Below, in pieces: positions 39,101 through 48,900 of a DNA stretch of 64,000 nucleotides. The translations under genes and the position numbers were made by a program. The notes below the pieces were generated by a model. It had not been told where the DNA came from. It made no database searches and saw only the letters and a list, made by a program, of their open reading frames with translations. The stretch comes from Convolutriloba macropyga. Its lineage: Eukaryota. The stretch is from assembly GCF_964194025.1 (NCBI RefSeq), contig NC_134472.1, positions 29,016,001-29,080,000 of the forward strand. The letters are read 5' to 3'. Each line of letters starts with the position of its first letter. Positions within the stretch are counted from its first letter, which is position 1.

Positions 39101-41469
39101 TCCTCAAGTAATTGTAACAAAAATTACAAATAGAAGCACTTCAAAAGAAAAACTGGATAATAGTAACTACCTGGGGTGGACGACATATCTGCAGTCGGTA
39201 AAGACTCAACATTGTTATTACTGAATTTCGTGATGGGCGCTGGAGCTTCATCAGGTGGCGTATTCTGCATCATCTTATTGCCACTCGCAAAAGGGTTTTC
39301 AATCGCATCAAAATCAATATCGTCGTAATCGATGTCGGCATTTCTACGAGGCAAGGGAGGCGAATCAGCCATCATTTTATTCGAAGATTTGAACGGGTCC
39401 GCGATCGCCTCAAAATCGAAGTCATCTTGTTCGTAAACAGTCGACATTTTTTCGTCCTTCTGTAGCTCAAGACTGGCTTCTAATGTGGTGTCTAATATCG
39501 AAACTGTACTACTATCGTTATCTACAATTTTAGCTTCAGGATGAGCAGAACTATTATTAGGCTGTAAAAATGGTAGAAGAACAGTGGAGTCTTGGTTTTC
39601 CAAATCGCAATCAAACGTTTTATTGTGTACGGAATCTTCTGTGTTTATTCCAGTTTCTTCAAACACAGACTGTCCGAGAAACGACGAGTCTAAATCCTCT
39701 TTGCCTTTTTTGTTGGCTAAAGGACTTTCAAATTCCTCAATCACGTTCTGTGTTTCGTTTGAAAGTAAGAGCTGTCTTCCCGACTTTGTCAAAGTCTGGC
39801 AGCTATCACTGGTCGATTGCGATCTCTGAGGCAAAAGAAGCGGCTCCTTGACTGGCAGCCTTGCCGATGGAATCCCAAGTGAAAAGGTAGGACGTCTCAA
39901 CGGCGAATCAAACGCTGGAACAGAATTGAAATCCACCTGATCCGCACTTCTGAACTCAAGCTCCGAAGCCTGCTGACTCTCGAGCAAATTTTCAGAATGT
40001 CGCTTCGACGCACTCAACGTCAAGGTCTGCTCGCCCTCGTTACAGAATACGGAAGTACAATCGTTCGCAAACGTATTGTCAAAATATCTCCTGTTGCCTC
40101 CCGAATTTCCTGCACTAGAACCGCCTGAACTACCAATAGAGGACTTGCCCACAAGCAGATGTTTATTCACGGGAGTTGCGAGTTCAGGAATGACGGCCAA
40201 GAGATCACTGGAGCCTGTTAATGTCAAGGGTTCCTGTTCGGATCCCGAAATCAGATGTTCCTCAGCTTCACCAAGGACAACCGTAGCGTCAAAACTGGCG
40301 TCCGATTCAGCACCCGAGCTGGCGTGCCTCGGAGCTGACACAAAACTGTCGTCTAAAAGCGAGTTCAAAGAATCTCCACAGACGGAGTAGTATAGACTGC
40401 TGCTGTCTGTGGATGAAACAGTGCAGTATTTGGTTCCAACGTGGTTTGGTGAGGCTGTAGTGCTCAAGTATATGCTGCTGTTCGGAGATGCTACTCCACT
40501 TCCAAGCTCACTCGACCCCGAGCTACAAACGATAAGCAATAAGCACTATTATGGAAATTCATAACGTAATCAAATCACAAGCTTCAGCACAATTGTTTCA
40601 AAGCATAAAATCATATTCAAGTCAACTCCAAACGAACGATTTCTTTTATGGTTACAACAATCTGTTGTCTCTGAACAAGAGCTGAAGTAATTTATATAAT
40701 TTGTGCGAACTTGAAGTAATACTTTAATGCGGCCGATTTTCTACCAATTGTAGCCGGTGAATATACTTAGCAGCAATTTTTCATTTTAATGAATGATAGT
40801 AATCATAATTACTACTTGCCAAGCAAATTTTCTTGCTGTGAATATTAAATTCTGATATTCAAAAATTACTCAACTTGGCAGAAACAAAACTCACAGTAAG
40901 ATTACAATTACTAGAATAAGTCTCTCGTACAAACCTTTCGTTCGCTTCACCCAACCGTGAAGACTCAAGATGATCGTCTTCTCTCAGTTTATTAATAAAC
41001 ACTGCTCCTGTCGCTTTCTTCTCAGGTGTACAATTACTACTCAAGCTACCAGCTGCTACAGGCGTGTCACTTGTTCTCTTCTTCAAAGCCGGTGAAAACG
41101 ATCCAAGTCCCACGCCACCGTGGGTACCTGTCTGGGGTCCCGCAGCTACTCCAACGCCCGATTGGGAAGAGGGGACAAGTGCAGAGGTTATGCCAGACGC
41201 ACTTGCAGCCGACTGAACTGCGGCTGATGACTTTGGATCACACTTCAACGAATCCTGGAATATTTTAAATTTTAAATCCTTTTCCTGTACAAAAAACAAT
41301 TTGGCCCAACACAGACAGATTTTAAAAATAATCAGAACAGTTTATCAGTTCTTAGAACTTTTTGTATTCGCATTTATTGCACTCACGCTTGATAGTAAAA
41401 ACAATATTGCGACAAATCAGTAGAGATCGAAAGAAATCGTGATAAAAGATTAAAAGCCCAGCTTACCAT
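2371..41469 (-). CDS. TACC: Transforming acidic coiled-coil (TACC) family protein, 17 coding exons, ~1250 aa
   Basis: Manual GT-AG, phase-consistent exon chain (minus strand): 41469-41467 (ATG only), 41254-40935, 40522-39171, 38834-38602, 37263-37127, 32993-32712, 32082-32009, 30571-30282, 29315-29227, 16819-16555, 16238-16122, 15616-15537, 12161-12050, 3707-3615, 3115-3009, 2842-2722, 2448-2371; total 3753 nt. The C-terminus (DLQSLEQSFDQALKRY...NEVVLKQELQKAHQKIVDEEKMYATLKTYTEERF...VKDNKEMNELCENLISKL) resembles the TACC coiled-coil domain. The N-terminal region is acidic and Ser/Pro-rich with DPFKSS..SPP repeats typical of TACCs. Confidence 0.88.
2722..2842 (-). CDS. TACC: TACC exon 16
   Basis: gtacag / gtaagt, AEQQVQENERALKGTITRLEMELKRLKMANDALQLSYERK. 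Confidence 0.9.
3009..3115 (-). CDS. TACC: TACC exon 15
   Basis: ttgcag / gttagt, NEVVLKQELQKAHQKIVDEEKMYATLKTYTEERFT. Confidence 0.9.
3615..3707 (-). CDS. TACC: TACC exon 14
   Basis: ttttag / gttagt, YQNDLQSLEQSFDQALKRYNKARDAIGQYKN. Confidence 0.9.
4167..4200 (+). promoter_or_regulatory. Putative TATA box and initiator of N1
   Basis: TATAAAT 4167-4173 with TCATT at 4196-4200 (~31 nt spacing); no ATG between this site and 4311. Confidence 0.45.
4311..4930 (+). CDS. Nested antisense orphan gene N1 (exons 4311-4570, 4915-4930; 91 aa, or 123 aa if unspliced)
   Basis: GC-elevated ORF with aaaacaATG start, TATAAAT at 4167, donor TACAG|gtatcc, acceptor ctttttatttcag| giving ...NSYRRTRS*, AATAAA near 5084; shares a motif with N2. 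Confidence 0.65.
5384..5995 (-). mobile_element. HINE family A, diverged copy
   Basis: CCGACTAACGTCGG palindrome plus diverged subTIR at the left; core TGTTTATCCCGTTT...GACGAAAAGTCAAA near 5887. Confidence 0.55.
6388..7700 (-). mobile_element. HINE family B, diverged copy hosting the family A insertion
   Basis: gccgacaaattgccgg...ccgccgttga left end, ...gctgctattaa right end; internal sequence collinear with 22560-22860 on both sides of the insertion. Confidence 0.6.
6961..7403 (-). mobile_element. HINE/Helentron-like family A, complete copy nested in a family B copy
   Basis: Palindrome CCGACTAACGTCGG 6962-6975, subTIR AATTGCTCTCAAACGA 6979-6994 with perfect inverse at 7388-7403, terminal hairpin, TT flanks on the minus strand, poly-G interior. 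Confidence 0.8.
8282..8316 (+). promoter_or_regulatory. Putative TATA box and initiator of N2
   Basis: TATAAATA 8282-8289 with ACAGT at 8312-8316 (~32 nt spacing); no ATG between this site and 8408. Confidence 0.45.
8408..9653 (+). CDS. Nested antisense orphan gene N2 (exons 8408-8465, 8833-9053, 9492-9536, 9615-9653; 120 aa)
   Basis: aaaaATGgga start, donors gtgagc/gtaagt/gtgaga, acceptors tttgcag/ttttag/tttcag, all phase-compatible: MGGTQEQKQKEVEQEKNSKATSSCQIKWEEPEPKQKVSPHQVDDSEWPSCHAKDSHWEEPEQLTVSGPVYYKHESSYRTVRGLPSGNRNIEQGSRLEIRDAKGRHIEKRFMEQVHNETAS*; a further gtaagt donor at 9674 and ttttag acceptor at 9959 suggest a 3' UTR intron. Confidence 0.75.
9862..9949. repeat. 40 bp near-tandem direct repeat
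   Basis: tgttatgtggcaaaacaatttcattttataacgttttatt twice, 8 bp spacer. Confidence 0.9.
10179..12009 (+). mobile_element. HINE-like family D copy (T-rich strand = plus)
   Basis: 5' GTTCAGACC...GGGAAC hairpin; 3' GATCGGAAC-attatatgcaaaggcaaatta-ccggg. Confidence 0.6.
12050..12161 (-). CDS. TACC: TACC exon 13 (coiled coil)
   Basis: tttcag / gtactc, VVLHDLEDAFSQLCVIKDKAMGDLQKEINRLSQENEE. Confidence 0.85.
12559..14925 (+). mobile_element. HINE-like family D copy
   Basis: 5' GTTTCGACCCCTCTAGAGGGGGGAGGAAC hairpin; 3' end ...cgcacattaccgag homologous to the reverse complement of 45925-46010. Confidence 0.65.
15537..15616 (-). CDS. TACC: TACC exon 12 (coiled coil)
   Basis: ttgtag / gtaagc, EFECLRDENTQMKEELSKY. 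Confidence 0.85.
16122..16238 (-). CDS. TACC: TACC exon 11
   Basis: gtttag / gtaatt, 117 nt, phase 0-0. Confidence 0.8.
16555..16819 (-). CDS. TACC: TACC exon 10
   Basis: ttgcag / gtacgt, phase 2 to 0; within the 124-aa ORF. Confidence 0.85.
18664..19899. repeat. ~620 bp tandem duplication, each unit containing a family C element plus a family A 3' terminus
   Basis: Units start cataaaacataagag (18664) and cataaaacataggag (19284) and both end in gaattgctct. Confidence 0.85.
19874..20222 (-). mobile_element. HINE family A copy with tRNA-like cassette
   Basis: GAATTGCTCTCGATCGA ... TTCGTTCAAGAGCAA ends; highly similar to 32130-32471. Confidence 0.75.
19928..20001 (-). pseudogene. tRNA-like sequence (anticodon loop TTGTGGA, His-like)
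   Basis: Reverse complement gggactgaTAGCCGAGTTGTcagtgcatctggTTGTGGAgcgcgaggtcagtGGTTTGAATCCcgccggggtca: A-box and B-box with tRNA spacing, stems degenerate. Confidence 0.65.
20229..20716 (-). mobile_element. HINE family B copy
   Basis: CCGGCAGATTGCCG palindrome, subTIR AACAGCCGCC ... GGGGCTATT. Confidence 0.7.
20880..21407 (-). mobile_element. HINE family B copy
   Basis: CCGGCAGATTGCCGG, AATAGCCGCC ... GGCGGCTATT, internal IR AATAGCCG. Confidence 0.8.
21870..24042 (-). mobile_element. HINE family B long copy (~2.2 kb)
   Basis: Same termini with extra internal modules. Confidence 0.75.
25735..26145 (-). mobile_element. HINE family A partial copy with G-runs
   Basis: GAACCGCCCTTCAC, CTGTTTATCCCGTTTT and GACTAATATAATTGCT...CTTCGTTTCAGAG shared with 6961-7403. 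Confidence 0.6.
27139..27182. repeat. (AG)n microsatellite
   Basis: Perfect AG dinucleotide run. Confidence 0.95.
28045..28445 (-). mobile_element. Two adjacent family A fragments (28045-28334 and 28376-28445)
   Basis: Family A 5' terminus near 28330, followed by a perfect palindrome and subTIR at 28376-28408. Confidence 0.65.
29227..29315 (-). CDS. TACC: TACC exon 9b
   Basis: ttttag / gtaaga, phase 0 to 2, TTNEADAENEKQLSAASNDNESAEQNDSQ. Confidence 0.75.
29677..29930 (-). CDS. TACC: TACC candidate alternative exon 9a (mutually exclusive or terminal)
   Basis: Weak aag acceptor, 84 open codons CDENTDERRWSFTVL...RSPLSDVTSN...RANS, then either a gtgaga donor (phase 2) or in-frame ATG TGA. Confidence 0.55.
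30282..30571 (-). CDS. TACC: TACC exon 8 (second DPFKSS/NPF repeat block)
   Basis: tttcag / gtaagt, phase 1 to 0. Confidence 0.85.
32009..32082 (-). CDS. TACC: TACC exon 7
   Basis: ttttag / gtacgc, phase 2 to 1, bridges exons 6 and 8 in frame. Confidence 0.75.
32130..32471 (-). mobile_element. HINE family A copy with tRNA-like cassette
   Basis: AATTGCTCTCGAACGA ... TCGTTCAAGAGCAATT subTIRs. Confidence 0.75.
32178..32250 (-). pseudogene. tRNA-like sequence (anticodon arm TCTGG-TTATGGA-CCGGG)
   Basis: Second copy of the cassette; AGCCGAGTGG A-box, GGTTTGAATC B-box. Confidence 0.65.
32712..32993 (-). CDS. TACC: TACC exon 6 (contains EEDFPPPPS)
   Basis: tttcag acceptor phase 2, gttaaa donor phase 2; within the 164-aa ORF. 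Confidence 0.8.
33326..35007. repeat. ~520 bp direct repeat pair (33326-33837, 34464-35007), third partial copy at 49190-49400
   Basis: High identity from aaaagacaga..gtttgcattaattaaaaatg to gagtgcctaaccctcaaacaact; the second copy has a ~30 bp tandem duplication at ~34850-34910. Confidence 0.85.
35240..35729 (-). mobile_element. HINE family C copy
   Basis: gccggcagtttgcc palindrome-like site plus AACAGCCGC ... GCGGCTATT; interior homologous to 18740-19225, 19360-19843, 31398 onward and 63795-64000. Confidence 0.65.
35786..36114 (-). mobile_element. HINE family B, internally deleted copy
   Basis: cccagcagattgccggg ... GGCGGCTATT. Confidence 0.65.
37127..37263 (-). CDS. TACC: TACC exon 5 (contains PPPVPKR)
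   Basis: ttttag acceptor phase 0, gtgagt donor phase 2; DESRDSTPKKVPPPVPKRGSS... Confidence 0.8.
37307..38392 (-). mobile_element. HINE family B copy (~1.1 kb)
   Basis: Perfect termini; first ~460 bp nearly identical to 20880-21350. Confidence 0.8.
38602..38834 (-). CDS. TACC: TACC exon 4
   Basis: gacag acceptor phase 1, gtgagt donor phase 0; open frame NADTLPEMNGTATIT...SLSTI. Confidence 0.8.
39171..40522 (-). CDS. TACC: TACC exon 3, large Ser-rich exon containing the first DPFKSS/NPF repeat block
   Basis: Within the 471-aa ORF; tttgtag acceptor (phase 2), gtagtt donor (phase 1). Confidence 0.85.
40935..41254 (-). CDS. TACC: TACC exon 2 (DSLKCDPK...EANE)
   Basis: ttccag acceptor, phase 0, following the ATG|gtaagc mini-exon at 41469-41467; gtttgt donor in phase 2 matches the next exon. 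Confidence 0.7.
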
Positions 41470-41903
41470 CAGCTATCAAACAGAGACAGAAGTCAGTACA
41501 AATAAACCCACAGATAGTTAGAATAGTGTCATGTGCTTTCATTTTGATATATTGACAGAAGCAATAAATTCCGACACTGTACGGCACGACACACTAATTC
41601 ATCGCCATTCGCAGAAAACGTAATAGATATAGAGAATTTACCAATCGGTAAATAATACAAATAAAACATCACCGAGGCATAAAAGTTGTGAATTTCCGTA
41701 AATGATTCATGAACTCAAAGCTTAATACAATTTCAAAGTTTACAGGTTTTCGCTATAAAACGCCCTCTTTGATAGCCTCATAGGTTTTTCTAGCAAACCT
41801 AATCGAATTTTTCATCTTAAAATGTAAGATTTGACTAACTTCGTCAATCAAACGGCTAGCAAATGCTAATCAAAGATAGACAAGAAAGTCAACAGTAGAC
41901 AGA

Positions 41904-43887
41904 CCCGGCAGATTACCGGAAAAAAGCCCCCGCCGGAAAAAAGCCGCCATTGATTCCCATAAACCCGATTGGGATTAACAGAAGAGAAAAAATGAAAATA
42001 GTGATGTAACAAAATAATTTTGAAGTGCGAACTATTTTGATTTTTTCTTGTTAGACTTACTTTTGTTACTTAATGAGAGGATACACAGTGGCTAGTATCA
42101 CTAACAATGAGCATTAGAGATGGTACCTAAGACTTATAAGAACATGTTTCAAGTAACAGGCATCTAAAGTGGGCTTTATGGGTTTTTTCGGTTTCTAATT
42201 TTCCGTGTTTTGATACTGATTATGTTCACTTTAGATTGATTTGCTGAGCAACTGCTGTTAATAGCACTTTCAGCAAAATGAACAAAACTAGCCCAGAGAC
42301 GTCAAAAATCAAAGAATTGAAACAAATGAAGACAACAATATCAGCCCCCTTAAAAGAACAGCCTCCGATAAACAAAATAAGAGCCCAGACCGTCCACGAA
42401 ACATCGAAAAAAAATTATTTCATTTTAGAAAATTAGTGTTATCAAAGTTATCATGCCCAACAACGTCAATCTCAAAAGACTTTGGCATAATAGGAGTTTT
42501 GACAGCCAACTTTGCAAAAAAAAACCACTGCAGAAAAAAATAAAAGAACAAACGTCTGGCGAAAAATGATTTTTACGAATGTCATTGACAATAAGTGGCA
42601 TCAAAGTCAAAGAAACACGCAACTAACACTTGAAAAATTCAACATCTTTTGCACTATTTTTTAGTGGCAAGGAAAAGCCAAATTTTAAAAGAATTGGGGG
42701 AACACGCAACAAACGTAGCAAAAAAGCCTGCAAGAATCAAAAGTTCAAAAACAGTCAAAAACAAATAGTTTCAAAGATAAATAAAAAACTAGCAAGGAAA
42801 CTAAAACATTATATAAATCCAATCATACCTCATTTGAGAGCAAATAAGACCTATCATTAATGAGACAAACTGACAGGACAAAAAATTAAGAAAAGTCATA
42901 AAAAATCTCGAAAATTTTTTATGTCGTTTAATAGTTCATTAAATGGAATCGTGACAAAGTAGTTAAAACCTGCAAGTTTGAACTTAAAAATAGGTAAACT
43001 CGAATAAGCCTAAAAAAGCCATTGAAAACTACAATTGATGAGACTAAGTAACAGAAAAAACAAAAAATCTACAAAGGGGCAAAATTCGAACTAAATTTTT
43101 TTCTGAAAGCAAGTGGTGTCAAATTAGTGAAAACTGTTTGATATGAAAAACCTTGATAGGAGAAAATTGATCGAAATTGAACCTATGAGATTTCCTCCCA
43201 GAGTTTTCTATAATGAGACAAAATGATATAAAAAATAAAAAGATGAAAAAAATCCAAAAAATCGATTTTTCGAAAACAGTTAGTGTCAATGTCGTCAAAA
43301 CTATTAACTTCAACTCCAATTAGCAAACTATTTTCAATAACCTCAATAGAGCTATTGATACCTGTCAGTGATGGGAATGAATAACAAAGCAACAAAAAGG
43401 ACTACAAAAACAGCGGAAATCTTTTATTTCATGAAAACAAATAGCGGCAAAGTCATTGAAAACCATTTGTAGCCTTTAGAGGGTTTAAAAAGGAGCAACT
43501 ATGCATTATTAGAACATACGTATTGCCTTTTATAAAGTATTCGTAAAGAAAGTGAAAAGAAAAACTGCAAAAACAAATCAAATTGCAAGTGAAAAAAATG
43601 CTCTCAAAAACGGCAAATCTGTTTAAACACCATTCTCTCAATTCACTTTAAACAGCACTTTGAAAAAAGTCACGCCTTTCAAATACTTGATTTTCGTTCA
43701 TCTTATTTGTTCAGCGTGACTAAAATCATTACTCCAATTTCACTTCTTATGGACAAGGAAATAAGTGAAAAAAAGTGCGAACAGATCCTAAAAAAACGAC
43801 AGCACACCAATACAATTCAAATTCTTTGCAATGTAATGAAAAATATGGGCGCGATAATAGCCTGTTGAGACAATGAGGGCGGCTATT
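41904..43887 (-). mobile_element. HINE family B long diverged copy (~2 kb)
   Basis: cccggcagattaccgg...aagccgccattgattcc left end; atgagggcggctatt right end. Confidence 0.65.
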
Positions 43888-45921
43888 AAACAAACCAAAA
43901 AACTTGCTTGTTCTGTGAGGGGCACAGAATGTTCCACATTTACATTAAATGCGGCCCATTCGGTATTGTTTGGTCGATGTCCTGCAACTAAGCCTCTGGA
44001 CTAAGAAATTTAGTTTTTGTTTTAAAGTTTGATATAATTCTTCACAACTTCCGTGATTTATCTCAAATATTCAACCAATTATTCAAATATGACCGACCTC
44101 AATTAATGGCCGACTGAAAAGATGACCGCACTTAACACAACTTTTGTTTGTTGTTTATTAGAAGATTGAATAAGAAATAGGAATGATCAAACTCAAGGTT
44201 AAACAATTTGATCGAACTGAAAAACTTCTTGGATTGTCTTTTATTTATTCTGATTTTTGTTTCAATTCGCAAGGTTGCCAACAAAAATAATTGTTGCGTT
44301 ATCAATGGTTAGAATGACAAAATTTGGCGGATAATGTGTTTCATTTGTTTCCCAAAAAAGTCCTTTTTTCTGAGGCATTTGAGTTTTAGATAGACACGGT
44401 GTTAGAAATGATACATTATTATTGTTCTAAGATGCCCTCCACAAAGCCTCTGGTTATTTGAAATGAGCGAAAAGGATCAATTTAAAAAAATATCAAAATT
44501 CAGGCCTAATTAACTAAATTGGCCAAACTTTTTCAAAGAGCAGGATTCTTGGAATTTCGCTATGTAGTGCAATTCTAGACGCAAAAGACCTTTAATTTGA
44601 TTCCACACACGTTAGTCTAATTTGCCATAAGAAAAAAATCAAAATGCAGGTCTGGGATCACATTTTTTTCAGAAGATGTGGGAACAACAAGGACAATAGG
44701 TTAGGTGCGCTCCCACAATGCTCCACAACTTCATATTTTAAACAATTTAACAAAACTCAAAGCTGTCTGCATTATAATCGAGACACGATTCAAAATACAA
44801 AGTTATATTTTTACCGCTCCAAGGGTGTACGTAAAGTTTTTAGCGTTCCAAAGGTGTACAAAATAAACACCTCATCTTTGGATTTGAAGCAGACGTTTCT
44901 AGCCAAAGACAAAAAAATGAAAAAAAGAACGTTATTGCTGAACTTTTCATTGGCTCCAAAAACCGGAATAGTCTCTTAACAAATAGTCTCTTAAAGCCAA
45001 TTGCTCATACTTTACGAATAATCAAAAGATTTTTTAGTGTAATTTAGAAGAACGGTATGGTATGGAGATTTATAACGAGACAATTTTCTCTTATCGCAGT
45101 GGCAAAAAAGGTATTAAATTATCCCTATTAAATATCAGCTACTATACCAATTGATAATATGAAATTCCCACTGTTGCCAACGATTTAGTAAATGCAAATT
45201 TAAAAAAAATAAGGAAAATTTCTGTGGCACTTTCTAATAAAATCTAAAAATTCTAGATATATTTGTCTTTTACATTGAAATCTAACAAAACAATTTTGAA
45301 AAATATACTGCAGTTGCTCCTGTAACGCTCCTTAGGAAAGCGTAGCACAGTAAAAGCCCGACAGATCAAATTGAAAGATAACAAAATTTGTATAAAAACA
45401 TTCTTAAAACATTTCATGAGGAAAAAATGACAGCCGAGAAGAACCAATAGTCGGAAACGAATCAATTTCTGGGTTCATAAAGAATAAAGCCCTTGAATCA
45501 CCTAAAAATTTTAAAACTGAATTTCAAATGATTGCATGTAGGCGTTCTGAAGACCAGTTCAGGCAAATATATGAAATTTTAGACATTTATATTTTTTAAC
45601 AAAAATGACCACAAGCATCGTTTCAGTCTCGCATCATTCTAAAAGGATAGCACCCAAGAACTTTCTTCACACGCTAAGTTGAAAACAGAAGCAAGTTTAA
45701 ATAAATTAATTTTTCGATAAATTTTGTTCCGCAGAAAATAAAGAAAGGGTATAATGCAAAATACTCTCAACGATGTGATGATAATAATAAATCTTGAATA
45801 GATCACAAGCAGCAAAATTCGTCATAGCATCTAGAATCAATTCACGTAGTGTCTTGATCTAAAAAAGAAACTGTGAATTTTTCCATTTTCTTAAAAACCT
45901 CTTTAACTTACATGTTAAACA

Positions 45922-48900
45922 ATGAGGCTCGGTAATGTGCGTTCGCACATTAAGTTCCGACCATGCTCATCTACATTTTTCACTTAATTGTTTACCAAAT
46001 GAGGAAGAGATAAAAAAATTAACATATCAACATATCGTTCAACAAACTACTAAAAGAATAAAACAATCTACTCTAGAGGGCCTATGAGACCTGTGGCTAC
46101 CATAATATGACTACCAGAAAAGACGGCAAGAAAAATCAAAAAGTTACAAATATTAATTACGACCAAAACTCCTTCTCCATTTTTTGGAAACCACTAATAA
46201 CCAAATCAAAATGGCATCAGAGAAAAATTGTACTAAGAAGATTAACCGGTACTTTTTGGAACAAAATATGGCACTTTTCCTCAATGCGACTTGGCAACAA
46301 GTCGGCTAGAAATGAGCAAAAGCGGCAAAAATTTATTAAAACATTGCTTTTTTAAAAAAATTAAATTCGAACTGATTAGAAACATTACGCATCAAATTAA
46401 ATCATTGAAAGAGTCTTTTATACCTCAATAGAGAGTGACTGAGGCCTTTCATTATCCAGGATATATCATATGACTACAAAAAGAACGACAAATACAGGCA
46501 AAAACGAAAAAATTGCACGAAAAATTATGCACGAAAACGATGTCCCCCAATCAATTATTTATTAGGCCGATCACTAAAAACAATAAAAAACTTCGTTTTC
46601 ATTTTTTGCAGGTGACAACATTTGTAAGTCAAATGACGCCCACTATTGTGATACTGTGAAAGGAAAACAAAAACCTAAATATAGGGGCAAAAATCACGAA
46701 AATTGGTTTTATGAAAACTGGTTGTTCCAAGAAGAAAGACCATTTGAGGAAATTAAAACCGTTATGAAGAGCAAATTATATTTCAAAAGATAAATGATGT
46801 GAATTGTATATAGAGATGCTTGGCTACAATTTAACAGAAATAAGGTTGGTAGATCTCAAAAATCTATCTTTTTTTATTAAAAACAAATAATTTCAAAATT
46901 CATAGCCAACAAAAGCTTTCGACTAAAAGATTAGACAGTTTGTCTTGCAACTACTTGGAAAACTAATTGCGACTGTTAATAATGAGACTAAATCATAAGA
47001 CTATAAAATAACATTAAATACAAGCTGAACTAATAAGTTTCACAAACAACTTTACTAAACCACAGTTTTGAAGCCATTAAATTTAACCGCGATTACCCAT
47101 AAGATGTTAACCGCGAGAATATAACATCTTCATTTGCGTCTCCTTTGATCATCATATCATCTTTTTGTTAAAAGACTATCACAAAATGACAACAAAAAGA
47201 ACCACAAAAACTGAAAAGTATCTAAACTTCACAAAATTCTTCTGAAACAAATTGTCTAAGCCCTGAAGACATCATTTAAAAAGTTTAAACAACAGAAAAA
47301 TTATTGTTTGATTCAACAAAACATTAAAAAGAGCTCAAAAAATGAGGCTAATTTACGAAAATGATACAACATTGTAAAATACGACAAAAACTAAAACCAG
47401 AACAAAAAGGGATAAGTTGAAGAATACTATTACTCATTTTTTTCAGAAATTTAATTCGAAAGTCAAAACAGCCATTAGTTATTTACCAATATCAGTTATT
47501 TAAGTTCACTTGTTTATCTAGAGTTGGCCACTGAGACCTTTAATTACACAATATTTGGCATATGAAATTAAAAATTAACAACAAATAAAGGGCAAAAATA
47601 AAAACTTCTACCAGTTTCTGGAAGAGAACGGAGTCGCAGCCCTTCAAACCATATGTCATGAAAACGAAAATTACGTTCAGCTTCAAATGTTGTAAAGCAT
47701 TTTTCAGCTAGATTGTTAAATAATGTGACAATTTACAAAAGAAACAAACAACAGCAAAAATGGGCAACTATGCACAAAAATCAGAAAATTTTGTATGAAA
47801 ACTCGTTGTAACAAAAGCAAGAAAACCTTCTGTAAAAACAATCGGCCAAACTAATTAGTTTTTATTCTATAAGGAGGAAAGGTTGACCTGTACTTACTGA
47901 GAATAAGCAAAAAGTTGACTAAAATATAAAAAATTGACAAGTTCAAAAAAATCAGAAATTTCCTTAAAACAAATGCACTCATTAACATAAGAGACAGATA
48001 GGTAACAACCGAATGAATAAAAAAGGTTCACTTGCACCTCTTGAGGAAGAAATTTATATCTTTGAGTGGTTAAACTTAAAAATCAGACTGCCAGAAGAAT
48101 AACAATTGAAGGCAAAAGACAAGAATTCAGTTAAATTTTACTAAAACTCTTCCTCAAAGCCATAAAAACCCTTTGGTTCTCTGAAAACAAACTGTATCTA
48201 CATTTGTCCTCAAATTTTCGTAAGTTGGAGCTGTCATTAATGGAGCCGTGAAAAAAAATTGTCAGTAATTAACATTAAAAAACAAAAGCAAAATATTTTG
48301 AAAAAAGGCAGCATAAAAAAACCAAAAAGTCTCTGATTCTAAGAGTCCATGATAATATCAAACCCCTCCCTGATTTTGTCGCGCACCCAGCAAACCGACT
48401 AAGTGTTTCAATTATTTGCGAATTAGACCAATTAATGAGTGGAATTCTTCAAATAATGAGAAAAATTGCATTTTGTATAATTATCGAGTTAAATCTGCAA
48501 AAAACGGCAAAGTTTTAATTCCAGAAGACTTTCATACGGCGCCTAATTGCAATTAGCGCTCTTTTTGAGATTAGGGAGTCTGTGTTAAGGTTTCTATGTC
48601 ACTAAGTCTGGCAAACTTTAACACAGTGGACCAAAAAAAGCATATTTTGTGCCGTTTTTGATGAAAAAAGTTTGAATTTTGAAAATTTTATCAAAAATTT
48701 TAGCCGAAAAATACTTTAATCAAACAATTCAGCAACGCTCTTCTATCTCTAACTGAACAACAAAGCTCTGCTGTCAAATATTTTAACTTATTTTGAATTA
48801 TATTAGCGAAATTGTGCCAAATTTTAGCAAAACTACTGAAAATGTGAACAAAAACAGTCGAATGTTCACACTTTAAACCTCGATAACTCCCTGTAAAACA

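Noticed and set aside
39570-40390. Plus-strand ORFs opposite TACC exons (also 16622-16864, 30234-30494, 32787-33077, 41026-41268)
   Set aside because: Antisense shadows of real coding exons
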